A stretch of 63,388 bases of DNA, the filler included, from Octopus bimaculoides (lineage: Eukaryota), in assembly GCF_001194135.2 (NCBI RefSeq). It is 3 parts of 3 records of this genome, joined end to end, with 100 filler letters (N's around TTAATTAATTAA, not from the genome) between each part and the next. Parts side by side here need not be neighbours in the genome. Positions count along the whole stretch, not along the records: positions 52,103 to 63,388 come from NC_068987.1; 2 more parts are not named here. One strand, written 5' to 3'. The position numbers and the translations under genes are program-made. The notes under the pieces are model-generated. The model was not told the DNA's origin and ran no database searches. It was given only the letters and a program-made list of their open reading frames with translations. Numbering within the stretch: the first letter of the stretch is position 1; each line of letters begins with the position of its first letter. This document shows positions 63,343 to 63,388 of the stretch, one piece after another.

Positions 63343-63388
<46 letters not shown>

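Overview
Eukaryotic, AT-rich, microsatellite-dense genomic DNA with about 5.5 kb (~9%) of N gaps. The SINE families and overall repeat texture point to a coleoid cephalopod, probably Octopus; this is inference from recognised repeats, not a database result. I find no intact host protein-coding gene, no real tRNA/rRNA gene, no CRISPR array and no prokaryotic system. Nearly all ORF-track entries are microsatellite or N artefacts, or pieces of dead transposons. The window is a layered transposon graveyard. It holds a decayed hAT transposase (2.6-4.6 kb, minus, missing from the ORF track) and four mariner pieces, one nearly full length with TIRs and DD34D at 48011-49275. It also holds many R4/Dong-type RLE LINE fragments, Tx1/L1, CRE, CR1 and RTE relics, four tRNA-derived SINE families, a DINE-1-like element, a piggyBac-like MITE and Penelope-like termini. 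The most interesting signals are non-coding: (1) a minimal type-I hammerhead ribozyme motif with a palindromic helix III at 17144-17189, plus more decayed cores elsewhere; (2) a ~100-bp near-perfect hairpin at 16556-16769; (3) two unclassified foldback repeat families, each at two loci and possibly related; (4) a direct-plus-inverted repeat cassette nested in the (TA)n linker of a SINE; (5) two short dispersed repeats carrying GATA-like or YY1-like motifs. Two 100-bp N44-TTAATTAATTAA-N44 spacers are artificial joins, so long-range adjacency across them is unverified. Coordinates of decayed elements are approximate, and family assignments come from recalled motifs, not alignments.
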